A stretch of 61,601 nucleotides of DNA, the filler included, from Chiloscyllium plagiosum (Eukaryota), in NCBI RefSeq assembly GCF_004010195.1. It is 3 parts of one record of this genome, joined end to end, with 100 filler letters (N's around TTAATTAATTAA, not from the genome) between each part and the next. Parts side by side here need not be neighbours in the genome. Positions count along the whole stretch, not along the records: positions 13,262 to 34,695 come from NC_057717.1; 2 more parts are not named here. One strand, given 5' to 3'. The position numbers were made by a program, and so were the translations under genes. Numbering within the stretch: position 1 is the first letter of the stretch; the number at the start of each line of letters is the position of its first letter. Below, in pieces: positions 13,262 to 25,599 of the stretch. Under the pieces are notes generated by a model, which saw only the letters and a list, made by a program, of their open reading frames with translations, was not told where the DNA came from and did no database searches.

Positions 13262-13932
13262 AACCCGTGGATTACGAGCAGCCATTAAACTGTATCTGAT
13301 GTCGGTCCAACCCTTCTCAGTTCCAGAAGCACAAACAACACAATGTACTTACTCCAGGTGCCCTCCCAGTAGTACTTCATACAGCTGCAGCGGCATATAT
13401 CTTCGTTTTGAATGATTCTGTTGGCAAAATGTGCCAATATTTTAGATTTCCACCTTTTCAAGTAGCAACAGGCTAATATGGGCTGAATGGTCTTCTCTTA
13501 TCCCTTTGCAAGAGGCCCATAGGGACAGAATTGCTTCAGCCTGTTGCTGAGCAGCAATCTCAATGCACTGTCTCAAGGTTATGAAAGGATTTGATAACAG
13601 GGCACTTAAAACCAGGAGTAGCCTCACACTGGTCAATAAGTATTATACTTTGGGGTAAGGTATCTATAAACATGCCCAGCCGACTTTTTTATGCAACCGA
13701 TCTGTTATTTTATAACTGCCTCCTTTCATAAACAGAGTGGAGCACATATAGACCACTGCAGTGTCTTTTAATACTCTCATATACAAGTTTTAAAAAAAGT
13801 TTCTAAAGATTTAAAGATTTATGGTCCATCCCTCAGCAACCCTCATCCATTCATTTCAAACCCAGTAAATGTTCCCTTTTATGGTGATATGAAAAGTGAT
13901 GTGTGGAACTGGTTAACTGAACCTGTTTGTTT

Positions 13933-14805
13933 AATCATGATTTGGAGATGACGGTGTTGGACTGGGGTGTACAAAGTTAAAAATCACACAACACCAGGTT
14001 TTCGTCCAACAGGTTTAATTGGAAGGACACTAGCTTTCAGAGCGCTGCTCCTTTATTAGGTGATAGTGTTTTACATGAATTCATGTAGTTTAGGAGCTCA
14101 GAGTTCTACATGAATGCATGCAGTTTTTGAGCAAAGTACAATGTAACTCTGCAAGTACAAATTCGCCCCACAAAATATATGTGTGCATGTGGGCCTTTGT
14201 CTGTTTGTATGTGTGTGTTTGTCTTGGTTGGGGGTTGTGAGTGTGAGAGGGAGTGTATATGTGTGTGTAGTGATGGAGAGTGTCTTACGTCTGTGAGGGG
14301 GTGCATGTGTGAGTGTGGGAGTGTGTGTGTGTCTTCGGTGGGGGTTTGAATATCAGTGAGAGAGAGTGTATATGTGTATGCATGAGTGTAGAGTGGTCTA
14401 AGTCTCTGAGCGGATGCCTGTGAGAGTGTGTGTGTCTGTAAGGGGGGTGTGTGTGTCTGTGTGCGTGTCTGTGTACGTACGTGTCCCTATATATGTGTGT
14501 GTATAGGAGTGTGTGTGTGTGTGTGCGTGTAGCGCAATGGTGGTCACCTGCAATGTGACATGAACCCAAGGCCCCAGTTGAAGCCCTCCCAATGGGTACC
14601 GAAATTTATAATCAGCCTCTGCTCAGCCACTTTTCGCTGCTGCCTGTCCTGAAGTCCGCCTTGAAGGATGGTCACCAGAAGGTCCGAGGTTGAATATCCT
14701 GGACCACTGAAGTGTTCACCAACTGGTAGGGAACCCTCCTGTCTGTTGATTATTGTGCAGTGCCCATTCATCCGTTGTCGTAGCCTTTGCTAATTTTCCC
14801 AGTGT
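13933..14805 (-). mobile_element. Penelope-like element 3' fragment with (GT)n-rich UTR
   Basis: ORF 14544-14771 (LPVGEHFSGPGYSTSDLLVTILQGG...RKVAEQRLIINFGT) is a GIY-YIG C-terminus; absent from the partner arm. Confidence 0.8.
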
Positions 14806-16489
14806 TTTTTTCAGTGACTGTGCTTAATGCCAATCTCCATGGATTCTAATTATNNNNNNNNNNNNNNNNNNNNNNNNNNNNNNNNNNNNNNNNNNNNNNN
14901 NNNNNNNNNNNNNNNNNNNNNNNNNNNNNNNNNNNNNNNNNNNNNNNNNNNNNNNNNNNNNNNNNNNNNNNNNNNNNNNNNNNNNNNNNNNNNNNNNNNN
15001 NNNNNNNNNNNNNNNNNNNNNNNNNNNNNNNNNNNNNNNNNNNNNNNNNNNNNNNNNNNNNNNNNNNNNNNNNNNNNNNNNNNNNNNNNNNNNNNNNNNN
15101 NNNNNNNNNNNNNNNNNNNNNNNNNNNNNNNNNNNNNNNNNNNNNNNNNNNNNNNNNNNNNNNNNNNNNNNNNNNNNNNNNNNNNNNNNNNNNNNNNNNN
15201 NNNNNNNNNNNNNNNNNNNNNNNNNNNNNNNNNNNNNNNNNNNNNNNNNNNNNNNNNNNNNNNNNNNNNNNNNNNNNNNNNNNNNNNNNNNNNNNNNNNN
15301 NNNNNNNNNNNNNNNNNNNNNNNNNNNNNNNNNNNNNNNNNNNNNNNNNNNNNNNNNNNNNNNNNNNNNNNNNNNNNNNNNNNNNNNNNNNNNNNNNNNN
15401 NNNNNNNNNNNNNNNNNNNNNNNNNNNNNNNNNNNNNNNNNNNNNNNNNNNNNNNNNNNNNNNNNNNNNNNNNNNNNNNNNNNNNNNNNNNNNNNNNNNN
15501 NNNNNNNNNNNNNNNNNNNNNNNNNNNNNNNNNNNNNNNNNNNNNNNNNNNNNNNNNNNNNNNNNNNNNNNNNNNNNNNNNNNNNNNNNNNNNNNNNNNN
15601 NNNNNNNNNNNNNNNNNNNNNNNNNNNNNNNNNNNNNNNNNNNNNNNNNNNNNNNNNNNNNNNNNNNNNNNNNNNNNNNNNNNNNNNNNNNNNNNNNNNN
15701 NNNNNNNNNNNNNNNNNNNNNNNNNNNNNNNNNNNNNNNNNNNNNNNNNNNNNNNNNNNNNNNNNNNTCACATTCAACCACGCCAATCGCGCGCACAAAC
15801 GGACTCTCTTTCAGTCTTTGATGAACACACACACAGCAAATCTTCTCATTGTAAACATTATAGTAATCTGATGCGAGTACAGTTATCACATTATAGTAAA
15901 GTTTGCAATATTCTCTATGCTGGTCAGATAGTGCAGTTTACTGAGCAACACACTAGCATGCTCTGCACAGCTCTCCATGCTGGGCTGTCATCTTGTCCCA
16001 GTTTATGTTGTTTATGGTTTTTTTTTGTCAAGCAGATTCAGAATTTGATGTAACAAACAATTTCAGCTGATCTGACAATGCCTTTATTCAATGTTCTCAT
16101 TCTTGTAATTTTACTCTTGAAGATCTCACTTCTCCAGTTAGTCTCACTGTCCTGTCTTTTTCCAAATATTTCCACATCTTTTCAGTTAATTAACTATCTC
16201 TTTCTTTCTTTAATGTAACTCTTTCTGTCCCTCCGTATCTTTCCCTGGCATTTGTTTTTGGCTCCCAAGTGTATCGAGTGCTGGCATTGTGAAGCTCAAA
16301 AACAGTGAAATGTTGTGTGTCAGGCTGTTGTTCACTTCCCGGTATGCCCCATGTGATGGTCCATGGACAGGCGTGTTTCAGAAGTTATGAGGTGCATCCT
16401 TGTAACTTGGTCTGTACCTGTATTTGTCCCTCTCAGGTGATCTTGCGATCGAGGAAGCCCCTTAAGTAAAGGACCAGGCATCTAAAGTG

Positions 16490-19330
16490 TGTGACAATGC
16501 TGTCACTTTTTTAAAAAAAGATTATTTTCTCTTTTTTTTTCATATAAGAGATCTTAAAGGCCAAACTGCCTACTGAAAACGGCTCAAGTAAATAACTTAC
16601 GACGCTTTTACAGTTTTTGATAAATAGTAGTAACAATGGCCTATAACTTATTCATAGCTGCTACTCTCTCTGAAATCTGAGTTGATGCTGTTTCCTCCTG
16701 AATTGGAGAATTGTATGCAGGAATCTATGTCTCAATGTTCCATTTTGCCAAGCGGTGTGTTTATGGGATGTTGGTGTATTGGAACAGTACATTTGTAGAA
16801 GATACTGTATCCATTATTCGGTCATGGTTTCCAATAGTTAAATTATTCTTAATTCTTCTTCATTTTGTATGGATTTTCATTAGAGTGTTTGAGTATGTTG
16901 TGTTTTTCTAATGGTGAGTGGTTTAAATAGTTTGACATCTGGAACATCCAACTCACATCTACCTTTAAAATAAGAAAAGTTGGCATCCAAGCTACCATCT
17001 TAAAATAGTTTGAGGCAGTCTAGTTGGTCGATAGCAAATTGGAGACTCTTGTCTGGTTTTAAATCGATAATACCAAATTGTGTTCAGAATTACAATCCCT
17101 AAAGTGTGCAACAGGCCATTCGACCCAACAAGTCCAAACCTGCGAGGAGTAACCTACCCAGACCCATTCCTCTACCCCATTATTACACATTTATCCTAAC
17201 AAAGGCTCCTAACCCACACATCCCTGAAAACTACAAACAATTTAGCATGGCCAATTCACCTGACATGCATATCTTTGGGTTGTGGGAAGAAACCAGATAA
17301 TCCAGAATAAGCCCATACAGACACTGGAGAGTAGGCAACGGGAGGCTATTGGGTTCAAAGGTCGCGTATGGTAGCTGTTAGCGTCTTTTGTTCCAGATGT
17401 TGAATTCGGTTGGTTTAAACAGTGTTTTGTGTATAAAGATTCTTTCAGTCACTAAGATCTCTCGGTGTGGAAGAAGTGAAGTTGGGTGTTTTACAAAAGG
17501 TAATGAAGGCAAAGCTGTAGGATTTGGCAGACAAGCTGGAGTTGTGGTTGCGTTTGTCTGTGAGAAAATGACAGACAATTACAGCTATAGCTCGGCAATT
17601 GCGTTTTGTGGAAACACCATCAGACTCTTTGGAAATGGCGAGAATTCAATTTCAAATGAGGCACTTTTAACATGAGAAGGAATTGAAACAGTTTAAATTA
17701 TGATGAAAAGTAGATATAAAAGAAAAGGAAATGAAGACGAAAGAGAGGAAAGGAGAGAAGAAAAGCAGAGAGTTTCAACTTAAACAGTTAACAATTAGAG
17801 AGGAAAGTTGACATAGAGGGCGGTGATGAAGGTAGAGGGTCGGCTGGATGAGAAGGATAGTGAGGTTGAGCAACCCTATTGTAACCAATTCACTAATGGG
17901 GTTCTATTTAAATACTTCTAGGCATTATCTAAATTTGATGTGAAAGGTGGAGAAACCTTTTGAATTTCATTTGAGAAAGTGACTAATGCAGTGGCAAGTG
18001 ATCATGTAGATTTAGTTGGTCCAAACAAAGCTGATAGGTATTTGCATCCCTATCGGATGAGGTATCTGGGGAATATGAGGATGTGATGAAAGCCATCTGA
18101 AGTGCATATGAGCTTGGGCCAGAAGCTGACAGACAGCATTTCAGGAATCTAAAAAAGGGTCGCTGGTTAAACGCACATTGAGTTTGAAATGATCAAACAA
18201 AGTAATTTTGAAAGGTGGGTAAGGGTATTTAAAAACAGAGCAAACCTATGACACTGTTAGAGAGATTCTTATTTTGGAGAAGTTCAACAATTCACTTCCT
18301 GCAGTCGTGAGAACTAGTGTGGAAGAGCAGAGAGAAACAATGGCAAACTTAGAAGCTGAACTAGCTGATGATGATGATTGTGTTCAGAAATCAAAATTTA
18401 GTTTCTGTGAGAGATTGCTAAGAATGTGCGAGATCTTCTTAAAACATATACCCGTGAGAGTAAGGTTTACTGGCATAGGCCAGGAGTAGCAGGTTAGAAC
18501 ATTAAGAGGTACAGAAGTATGTAACTCTTTTATCCTGAGACATGAGGAGCTATGCCATTCAGAGGGACTATTGGAGAGATGAGAAGTGCTCCATTATGTA
18601 ACGTGTGGTTGGAGTGTCCAGTGGAAACATCAACAGACTTATTCCACAATGGGTAAGGAAGCCTTGAGCTTGGGATTGGCGTTACAACATTTCCACATTT
18701 AAATTGTGAATAACATACATGAGACAAATCTTGAGCACTGATCGTGACCCCTGAAAGGTTTTGGAGAAGGTTAGGGAGAAAAATACCAGTCTGTTTCGAT
18801 TGAGATTATTATTGCTGCCATTCAGTTTGAAATTATACAGGTGACAGGGCGAGAAACCCTACGTTTTGACACGTTGTGGAGACTTGGATGAAGAAAGACA
18901 AAGGCATTCTGTGGCAGGAGTAAAATGACTGAAATCGAAACTAGTTGCGAACATTTGTATGCTCACAGTCAATGTAATGTATATGCATTTCAGTCTACGA
19001 ATAGAGGAAGATTAGGATGTCTAAAATGAATCCACCTTTGTATATTGATGGATGATTTAATTAAAGATGGAATTGTGAGAATACTATCACTGTAAAAAGG
19101 TTATTTTCTCTTGGGTTTTTTTTTTAAAGAGAGGTTTTAAAGGCAGAGGTGAAGAACTGCTGTCTGAAAACACCCCAAGTAAATAACTGAGAAAGCCTTT
19201 AGGTTTCATTAAAACGGTGATAACAAGGGAAGGGCAGTAGCCAGCTCTCCCAAACCAGGGTTTCTCATTTAGTTTTTACCTGCAGCATTCAGAAGCTGCT
19301 CGGGGTCCCAGAAGGGTTGGAAGTGGCCAT
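16490..19330 (+). mobile_element. Decayed Gmr1-like LTR element (5' LTR, SCAN-gag, partial 3' LTR)
   Basis: 5' LTR 16490-17036 starting tgtgac; gag REILILEKFNNSLPAVVRTSVEEQR; second LTR starting tgtgag ~19074. Confidence 0.75.
17095..17330 (-). mobile_element. HE1-like SINE fragment inside the LTR element
   Basis: Matches the 3' half of HE1; same insertion in the partner arm at ~55205-55435. Confidence 0.75.
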
Positions 19331-20644
19331 ACAAACTGTGTTTGATTTGTAGCTACAGACTTGCCCAACATCTGCATCTCCCTCCTGGCCCTATAGACTG
19401 AATCTAGGGGAAGGGCAGTTGCCCCTACGTCTGAAGCCCTCTTGATTGCAGGAGGGACAGCTTATATGATACCACTCCAGTGTCTTTGACTTGCTTGAAT
19501 TGGACCCACAAGGCAGTGGGTGCTACTTGACCCTTGCTGATACCAGGTTAATGAATGCCTGCAGTTAGCTTCCTCCACATTTGTTGATGGTGACAACGGG
19601 CTCTGTGCTGGTCTGCCCCAACATCCTGGAAGTGCATTCTCAAAATCGTTCACCACAATGATCTCAGAATCATTCATTTGTAACAGACTTCATCACAGCC
19701 AGCATCATGATGGAGAGCACCGTCACCTCCAGAGAGATGTGCTGCTCCCCTGCAGTTTCTCCATTACTACCTGCAGCTGCCTGCAATTTTCTCCTCCAGG
19801 GGGCTGGGAAAACCATCAACGAGTCAGTCAGTGCATTCAGTTCGGGCGATGTACTTCGATAGCTAAATTGACGTGCACCCTGATTAGGCTGGCATCTCTC
19901 CATAAGGTCGCCTTTATTTCTCTCAAATTTGTTAGTGCTCTTAGTGCTGTGGTTAAAGGAAATAGAGGACCTGCACCAAGATTGAGCTGAATCTTAAGCA
20001 GTAATTGAAGGCAAGCAAAAAGACCAAAGAAATTATCCAAGTTGTTATCACCTAGCAAGCCCTGGCAGTGATGCCTGACACCAGTCAGGAACTCAGGAAG
20101 AAGTGATGGCAACATGTTAATTAGAGGTTAATTGGTTAAGCACTTGACAGACTGAAAATGCATCATTGGTGTGTGGAGATTTGTGATATATAAGTTGAAT
20201 AAAACTCTGGCCAGAAAAATATATGCCTGGAGCCTGTCTAAGAACCTTTAGTGTCTAGTGCTTAACACAAGCAACACAATTGTTAAAGATGTTCAATAAT
20301 TGACATAGTTTTTCTAAATTAATGGCCATATAATTTATAGCATATTACTGTACACATGCATTTCACACTCATTGACATATCATCTGGCAAACAATTCAGC
20401 TCTTAAAATGCATATTTACAAACATCAGAGAGCTAGTATTGAATTGAATTAGCTTTATTGTCACATGTACTCAAATGAGTACAGTGAAAAGTTGTAATAG
20501 CTCACATCAACAATGTTGTGTGCAAGTAGACAGGTTCAGGTGAGAAGTAATTTTCACCCACTAGCTCCGACTATACTTCAGATTAAGGATTAATGGAGAA
20601 CTGGCAGTACAATAAACTGGTATAATATAAGGTTGTTTTGTTTC

Positions 20645-22187
20645 ATCAGGGTGAGGGAAATTGGCACTGAATATACTTTAGATCTTTCAAGAGTCACTGG
20701 AGTCAGGGAAGGTCCCGGATGATTGGAAGATGGCTGTTGTAACCCCCTTGTTCAAGAAAGGATCAAGGCGAAAGATGGAAAATTATAGGCCAATCAGCTT
20801 AACCTCGGTTGTTGGTAAAATTCTAGAATCCATCATTAAGGATGAGGTTTCTAAATTCTTGGAAGAGCAGGGTCGGATTAGAACAAGTCAACATGGATTT
20901 AGTAAGGGGAGGCTGTGTCTGACAAACCTGTTGGAGTTCTTTGAAGAGGTGACAATTAGGTTAGACCAGGGAAACTCAGTGGATGTGGTCTACCTAGACT
21001 TTCAAAAGGCCTTTGATAAGGTGCCACACAGGAGGCTGCTAAGTAAGGTGAGGGCCCATGGTGTTCGAGGTGAGCTACTGGTATGGATTGAGGATTGGCT
21101 GTCTGACAGAAGGCAGAGAGTTGGGATAAAAGGTTCATTTTCGGAATGGCAGCGGTGACCAGCGGTGACAAGCGGTGTCCCGCAGGGTTCAGTGTTGGGG
21201 CCGCAGCTGTTCACATTATATATTAATGATCTGGATGAAGGGACTGGGGGCATTCTAGCGAAGTTTGCCGATGATACAAAGTTAGGTGGACAGGCAGGTA
21301 GTCCTGAGGTGGGGAGGCTGTAGAAGGATCTAGGCAGTTTGGGAGAGTGGTCCAGGAAATGGCTGATGGAAGTCAATGTGAGCAAATGCGAGGTCTTGCA
21401 CTTTGGAAAAATGAATGCAAGCATGGACTACTTTTTAAATGGTGAGAAAATTCATAAAGCCAAAGTACAAAGGGATCTGGGAGTGCTCGTCGAGGATTCT
21501 CTTAAGGTAAACATGCAGGTTGAGTCCGTGATTAAGAAAGCGAATGCAATGTTGTCATTTATCTCAAAATGATTGGAATATAAAAGCAGCGATGTGCTAC
21601 TGAGAATTTATAAAGCTCTGGTTAGGCCCCATTTGGAATACTGTGTCCAGTTTTGGGCCCCACACCTCAGGAAGGACATACTGGCACTGGAGCGTGTCCA
21701 GGAGAGATTCACACGGATTATCCATGGAATGGTAGGTCTATCGTACGAGGAACGGCTGAGGATCCTGGGATTGTATTCATTAGAGTTTAGAATGTTAAGG
21801 GGAGATCTAATAGAAACTTACAAGATAATACATGGCTTGGAAAAGATGGACGCAAGGAAGTTGTTTCTGTTAGGCGAGGAGACGAGGCCCCGTGGGCACA
21901 GCCTTTGCAGTAGAAGGGGTCAATTCAGAACAGAAATGCGGAGACACATCTTCAGCCAGAGAGTGGTGGGCCTGTGGAATTCATTGCCGCGGAGTGCAGT
22001 AGAGGTCGGGATGCTAAGTGTCTTCAAGGCAGAGATTGACAAATTCTTGATGTCACAAGGAATTAAGGGCTACGGGGAGAATGCAAGCAAGTGGAGTTGA
22101 AATGCCCACCAGCCATGATTAAATGGCGGAGTGGACTCGATGGGCCGAATGGCCTTACTTCGACCCCTATGTCTTATGGTCTTATGG
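20645..22187 (+). mobile_element. Relatively young 5'-truncated CR1 LINE
   Basis: [67 protein letters not shown]; few disablements; (cttatgg)n tail. Confidence 0.95.
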
Positions 22188-22489
22188 ACATCACCAAACA
22201 CAGCATCTGTATATCTGTTCCATCCTCCTGATCATTAATATAGACTGCAGATAGTTGAGAACCCAGCGCTGGTCACTGTGTGACCCTACTGGCTATGTTC
22301 TCTCTCAATGATTTATCCTGAGTGCCTGATCCTGTATGATACCCAGTCCTGCCCCATTCCTGGACAACACAGGAGAAGAGTTGAATAAGAACAAGGAGCA
22401 TCTGTGAGGTATCCAACCCCTTGATGAGGCTGATGTCAAGGCTGATGTCAACGCCGCCTCTGTTCCACTTTCCTGCCATCTCTCCATCA

Positions 22490-23078
22490 TAAAACTCTAA
22501 TCTCTTGTTGTAGATTGCGCCACATGAAAAAAAATCCACTCCATCTCTCTACTTTCAATTACTTTTAGCATTTTACAGACCTCAATGAGATCTCCTTTCA
22601 TTCTTATAAACTCGAGAGTATCGGCATAAACTTCTCAATTACTCTTCATAAGACAAATACTTCAAATATGGAATCAATCTAATGAAGCTCTTTTGAATTG
22701 CCTCCAATGGAAATACCTCATTCTGCAGGACACCCAAACTGTACTCCAGTTGCAGCCTCACTAATGCCTTGCATAGTTACACCAACACTCCCTACCTTTC
22801 TACGATATCCTTTTATAAATAAACACTTGCAGTACCCGGAGGCAGATTTTCTGTGATATGCAAGCAGATACCCAGATCCCTTTGCACCTAAGCACTTTGA
22901 ACTTTCTCTCCATTTAGATAATAATTTGTCTTTCTATTATACTGGCCAACTTGAATAGCCCCATATTTATTCACTTTAATTTTCCTTGCTAAATGTTGGC
23001 CCATTCACTCAACCTATCCATATGTTTTAAAATCTCTTGCATCATCATTCCGAAGTAATTTCCCACCGATGTTAGTGT
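22490..23078 (-). mobile_element. Decayed CR1 fragment (paralogue of 50780-51390)
   Basis: Reverse complement of the CR1 3' region at 50780-51390. Confidence 0.75.
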
Positions 23079-24019
23079 NNNNNNNNNNNNNNNNNNNNNN
23101 NNNNNNNNNNNNNNNNNNNNNNNNNNNNNNNNNNNNNNNNNNNNNNNNNNNNNNNNNNNNNNNNNNNNNNNNNNNNNNNNNNNNNNNNNNNNNNNNNNNN
23201 NNNNNNNNNNNNNNNNNNNNNNNNNNNNNNNNNNNNNNNNNNNNNNNNNNNNNNNNNNNNNNNNNNNNNNNNNNNNNNNNNNNNNNNNNNNNNNNNNNNN
23301 NNNNNNNNNNNNNNNNNNNNNNNNNNNNNNNNNNNNNNNNNNNNNNNNNNNNNNNNNNNNNNNNNNNNNNNNNNNNNNNNNNNNNNNNNNNNNNNNNNNN
23401 NNNNNNNNNNNNNNNNNNNNNNNNNNNNNNNNNNNNNNNNNNNNNNNNNNNNNNNNNNNNNNNNNNNNNNNNNNNNNNNNNNNNNNNNNNNNNNNNNNNN
23501 NNNNNNNNNNNNNNNNNNNNNNNNNNNNNNNNNNNNNNNNNNNNNNNNNNNNNNNNNNNNNNNNNNNNNNNNNNNNNNCTGGTCCACCGCATCAATTGTA
23601 TTCCCATTTTGGAGCTGCAATATCTCCAATGCTACTGGTCTCCCAATTCACACCGAGATCCATTTACCCTTCACCCCTGTACACAGTTATCTACTTTGTT
23701 TTCTGATGTATATCCACTTCCATTTTAATGCTTTCGTTCCTGTGAGGATCTCTCTTTGATGTTATGCCTCCCAGTTGTCACATTCCTCAAAACCCTTTAA
23801 CATAGTCATGTGTTTTTTTTCTCTTCCAGTCGTGCCAACGTCTGTGCCATCGTCAGAGCGCTCCCCTCTGTATTTCTCCCTGATCTGGATGAACAGTCAC
23901 TGGTTTCAGTGACGCCCACCTAAATAGTTTTCGACCAATGAATTTATGCACTATCGTTCAATAACTTGTCTATGTTGCTCCATATTGGACATTCTGTTTG
24001 AATGATTTTAACACATCTC

Positions 24020-25170
24020 TTTGATACTTTGTAGATAATAAAAATTGCTGGAGAAACTCAGAAGCTGTGGCAGCATCTGTCGAGTGAAAGCAGCTAATAC
24101 TTCGGGTCTAGCGACTCTTCTTCAAAGCTTCCTGTTTCTGCAGAATTTTTTGTTCTTGCTTCTGACTTCCATCATCGCCAGTTCTTTGTTTAATTGAAAA
24201 TTTCTTCTCTGCCTCTTCAGTTCTGAAAAAAAAATCCGTAGGTCTGGTAGCACTTGTGGAGACAAAGAAACACAGTTAATGTTTCAAGTTCAGCGTGACA
24301 CTTGTTCAGAACTGAGAAGAGTTGGAAAATTCGTTTTTAATCCTTTTACATCGGTGGAGGAGATGGTGATAGGATACAGAGGGTGTGGAAGGGCAGTACA
24401 AAAGACATGCTTGTTGTGAAAGAGAAACACATGTAAAATGCGTGTTAATGAAGGTGTGAATGAGGGAATTAAATTTTAACTATTGAGCGCAAGATAAATA
24501 AGAGTCAAACAAGACAAGGTCATATGGAGATTAGGGTGGAGATCACATGAAAAATTGCCAAAACGGAGAAAGTAAGGTCTGGATGTCAAGTTGTGGTAGT
24601 TAACATTAAGTCTTACAGGCTGTAAAGTACCAATTAATAAAGTGAAATTAACTCTAGTTTGAGTTGTGCACAATTGGAACATATCAGCGGTGCATGACCG
24701 AAATGTTAGCAAGAAAGAAAGGAAGAGTTGAATAAGCTAACGTTGCACCTTATGTAAATGCATGCGAAGCTGCAGTGGGAAGTGGGTAAGTGTTTGAGAT
24801 GATAGAAGCGTCAAAGAAGGAGAGGTCCCTGTGAAATTATGACAGTGGACTGGAGGGAAAAAATAAACGTTTGTCCGTGCTGTCTTGCTGGAACTGCTGG
24901 AAGTGGGGGAGAATGAGTCTGTGAATGTGATTCCCGTGCATTGAAAACTGAAAACAAGGGGTCTGTATCATTTTTTTCTGGAAAGGAAGGGGAACAGTTA
25001 AGACGGAAGCGCTGATGATGGGTCACTGATAGCTGAGGGTCCTGCCTATTAAAGTTGTGAGAATTACTCGTTTGCAGGAAAATGAGGCTATTTCGGTGGC
25101 TTCACTTTGGAATTTGGAACACATTGTTGCATTTGTGATGGAGATGCAGAAAATGGGAAAATGCAATCAC
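24020..25170 (-). mobile_element. Old Penelope-like element remnant
   Basis: Minus-strand ...GTLQPVRLNVNYHNL GIY-YIG tail; degenerate hammerhead-like motifs near 24095-24130 and 24275-24315. Confidence 0.6.
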
Positions 25171-25200
25171 ACCCCAATGATAATGTGTTCAGTACATTTG

Positions 25201-25517
25201 TGGGCGGCACGGTGGCACAGTGCTTAGCACTGCTGCCTCACAGCGCCAGAGACCCGGGTTCAATTCCCGCCTCAGGCGACTGACTGTGTGGAGTTTGCAC
25301 ATTCTCCCCGTGTCTGCGTGGGTTTCCTCCGGGTGCTCCGGTTTCCTCCCACAGTCCAAAAATGTGCAGGTCAGGTGAATTGGCCATGCTAAATTGCCCG
25401 TAGTGTTAGGTAAGGGGTAAATGTAGGGGTATGGGTGGGTTGCGCTTTGGCGGGTCGGTGTGGACATGCTGGGCCAAAGGACCTGTTTCCACACTGTAAT
25501 GTAATCTAATCTAATCT
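25201..25517 (+). mobile_element. HE1-like SINE, full length, young
   Basis: gggcggcacggtggcacagtg A box, ggttcaattcc B box, (aatct)n tail; near-identical to the reverse complement of 618-940. Confidence 0.93.
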
Positions 25518-25599
25518 ACACGCAGAAGTTCTTCTGAATAATTGTAAAGCAGCAGGCAGCTCAATTGCAACTTTTTGTATTACATGTTTTTGAAATCAA

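Larger units (their letters stand above)
13262..23078 (+). repeat. Left arm of an inverted segmental duplication (partner 50780-58625)
   Basis: Colinear reverse-complement blocks: 13262-13925/57985-58625, 14808-14853/57940-57985, 15769-19330/53240-56845, 22187-23078/50780-51690. Confidence 0.92.

Noticed and set aside
14160..14530. His/Thr-rich ORFs
   Set aside because: They are translations of (GT)n-rich low-complexity sequence within a Penelope-like UTR.
14824..16053. Long ORFs of 185-408 aa here and at 23014-23728, 43970-44645 and 45591-46163
   Set aside because: They consist mostly of translated N gaps.
19400..20120. Several overlapping 70-110 aa ORFs, possibly an exon or Myb-like transposon piece
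   Set aside because: No convincing motif or splice structure; left unassigned.
23812..23925. Strong acceptor (ttttttttctcttccag) followed by ANVCAIV, a candidate GPCR exon 2
   Set aside because: Wrong phase for the exon-1 donor, stops quickly, has no TM motifs, and the minus strand resembles a CR1 endonuclease start (VGVTET).
25201..25275. tRNA gene
   Set aside because: The A/B boxes belong to the tRNA-derived head of an HE1 SINE.
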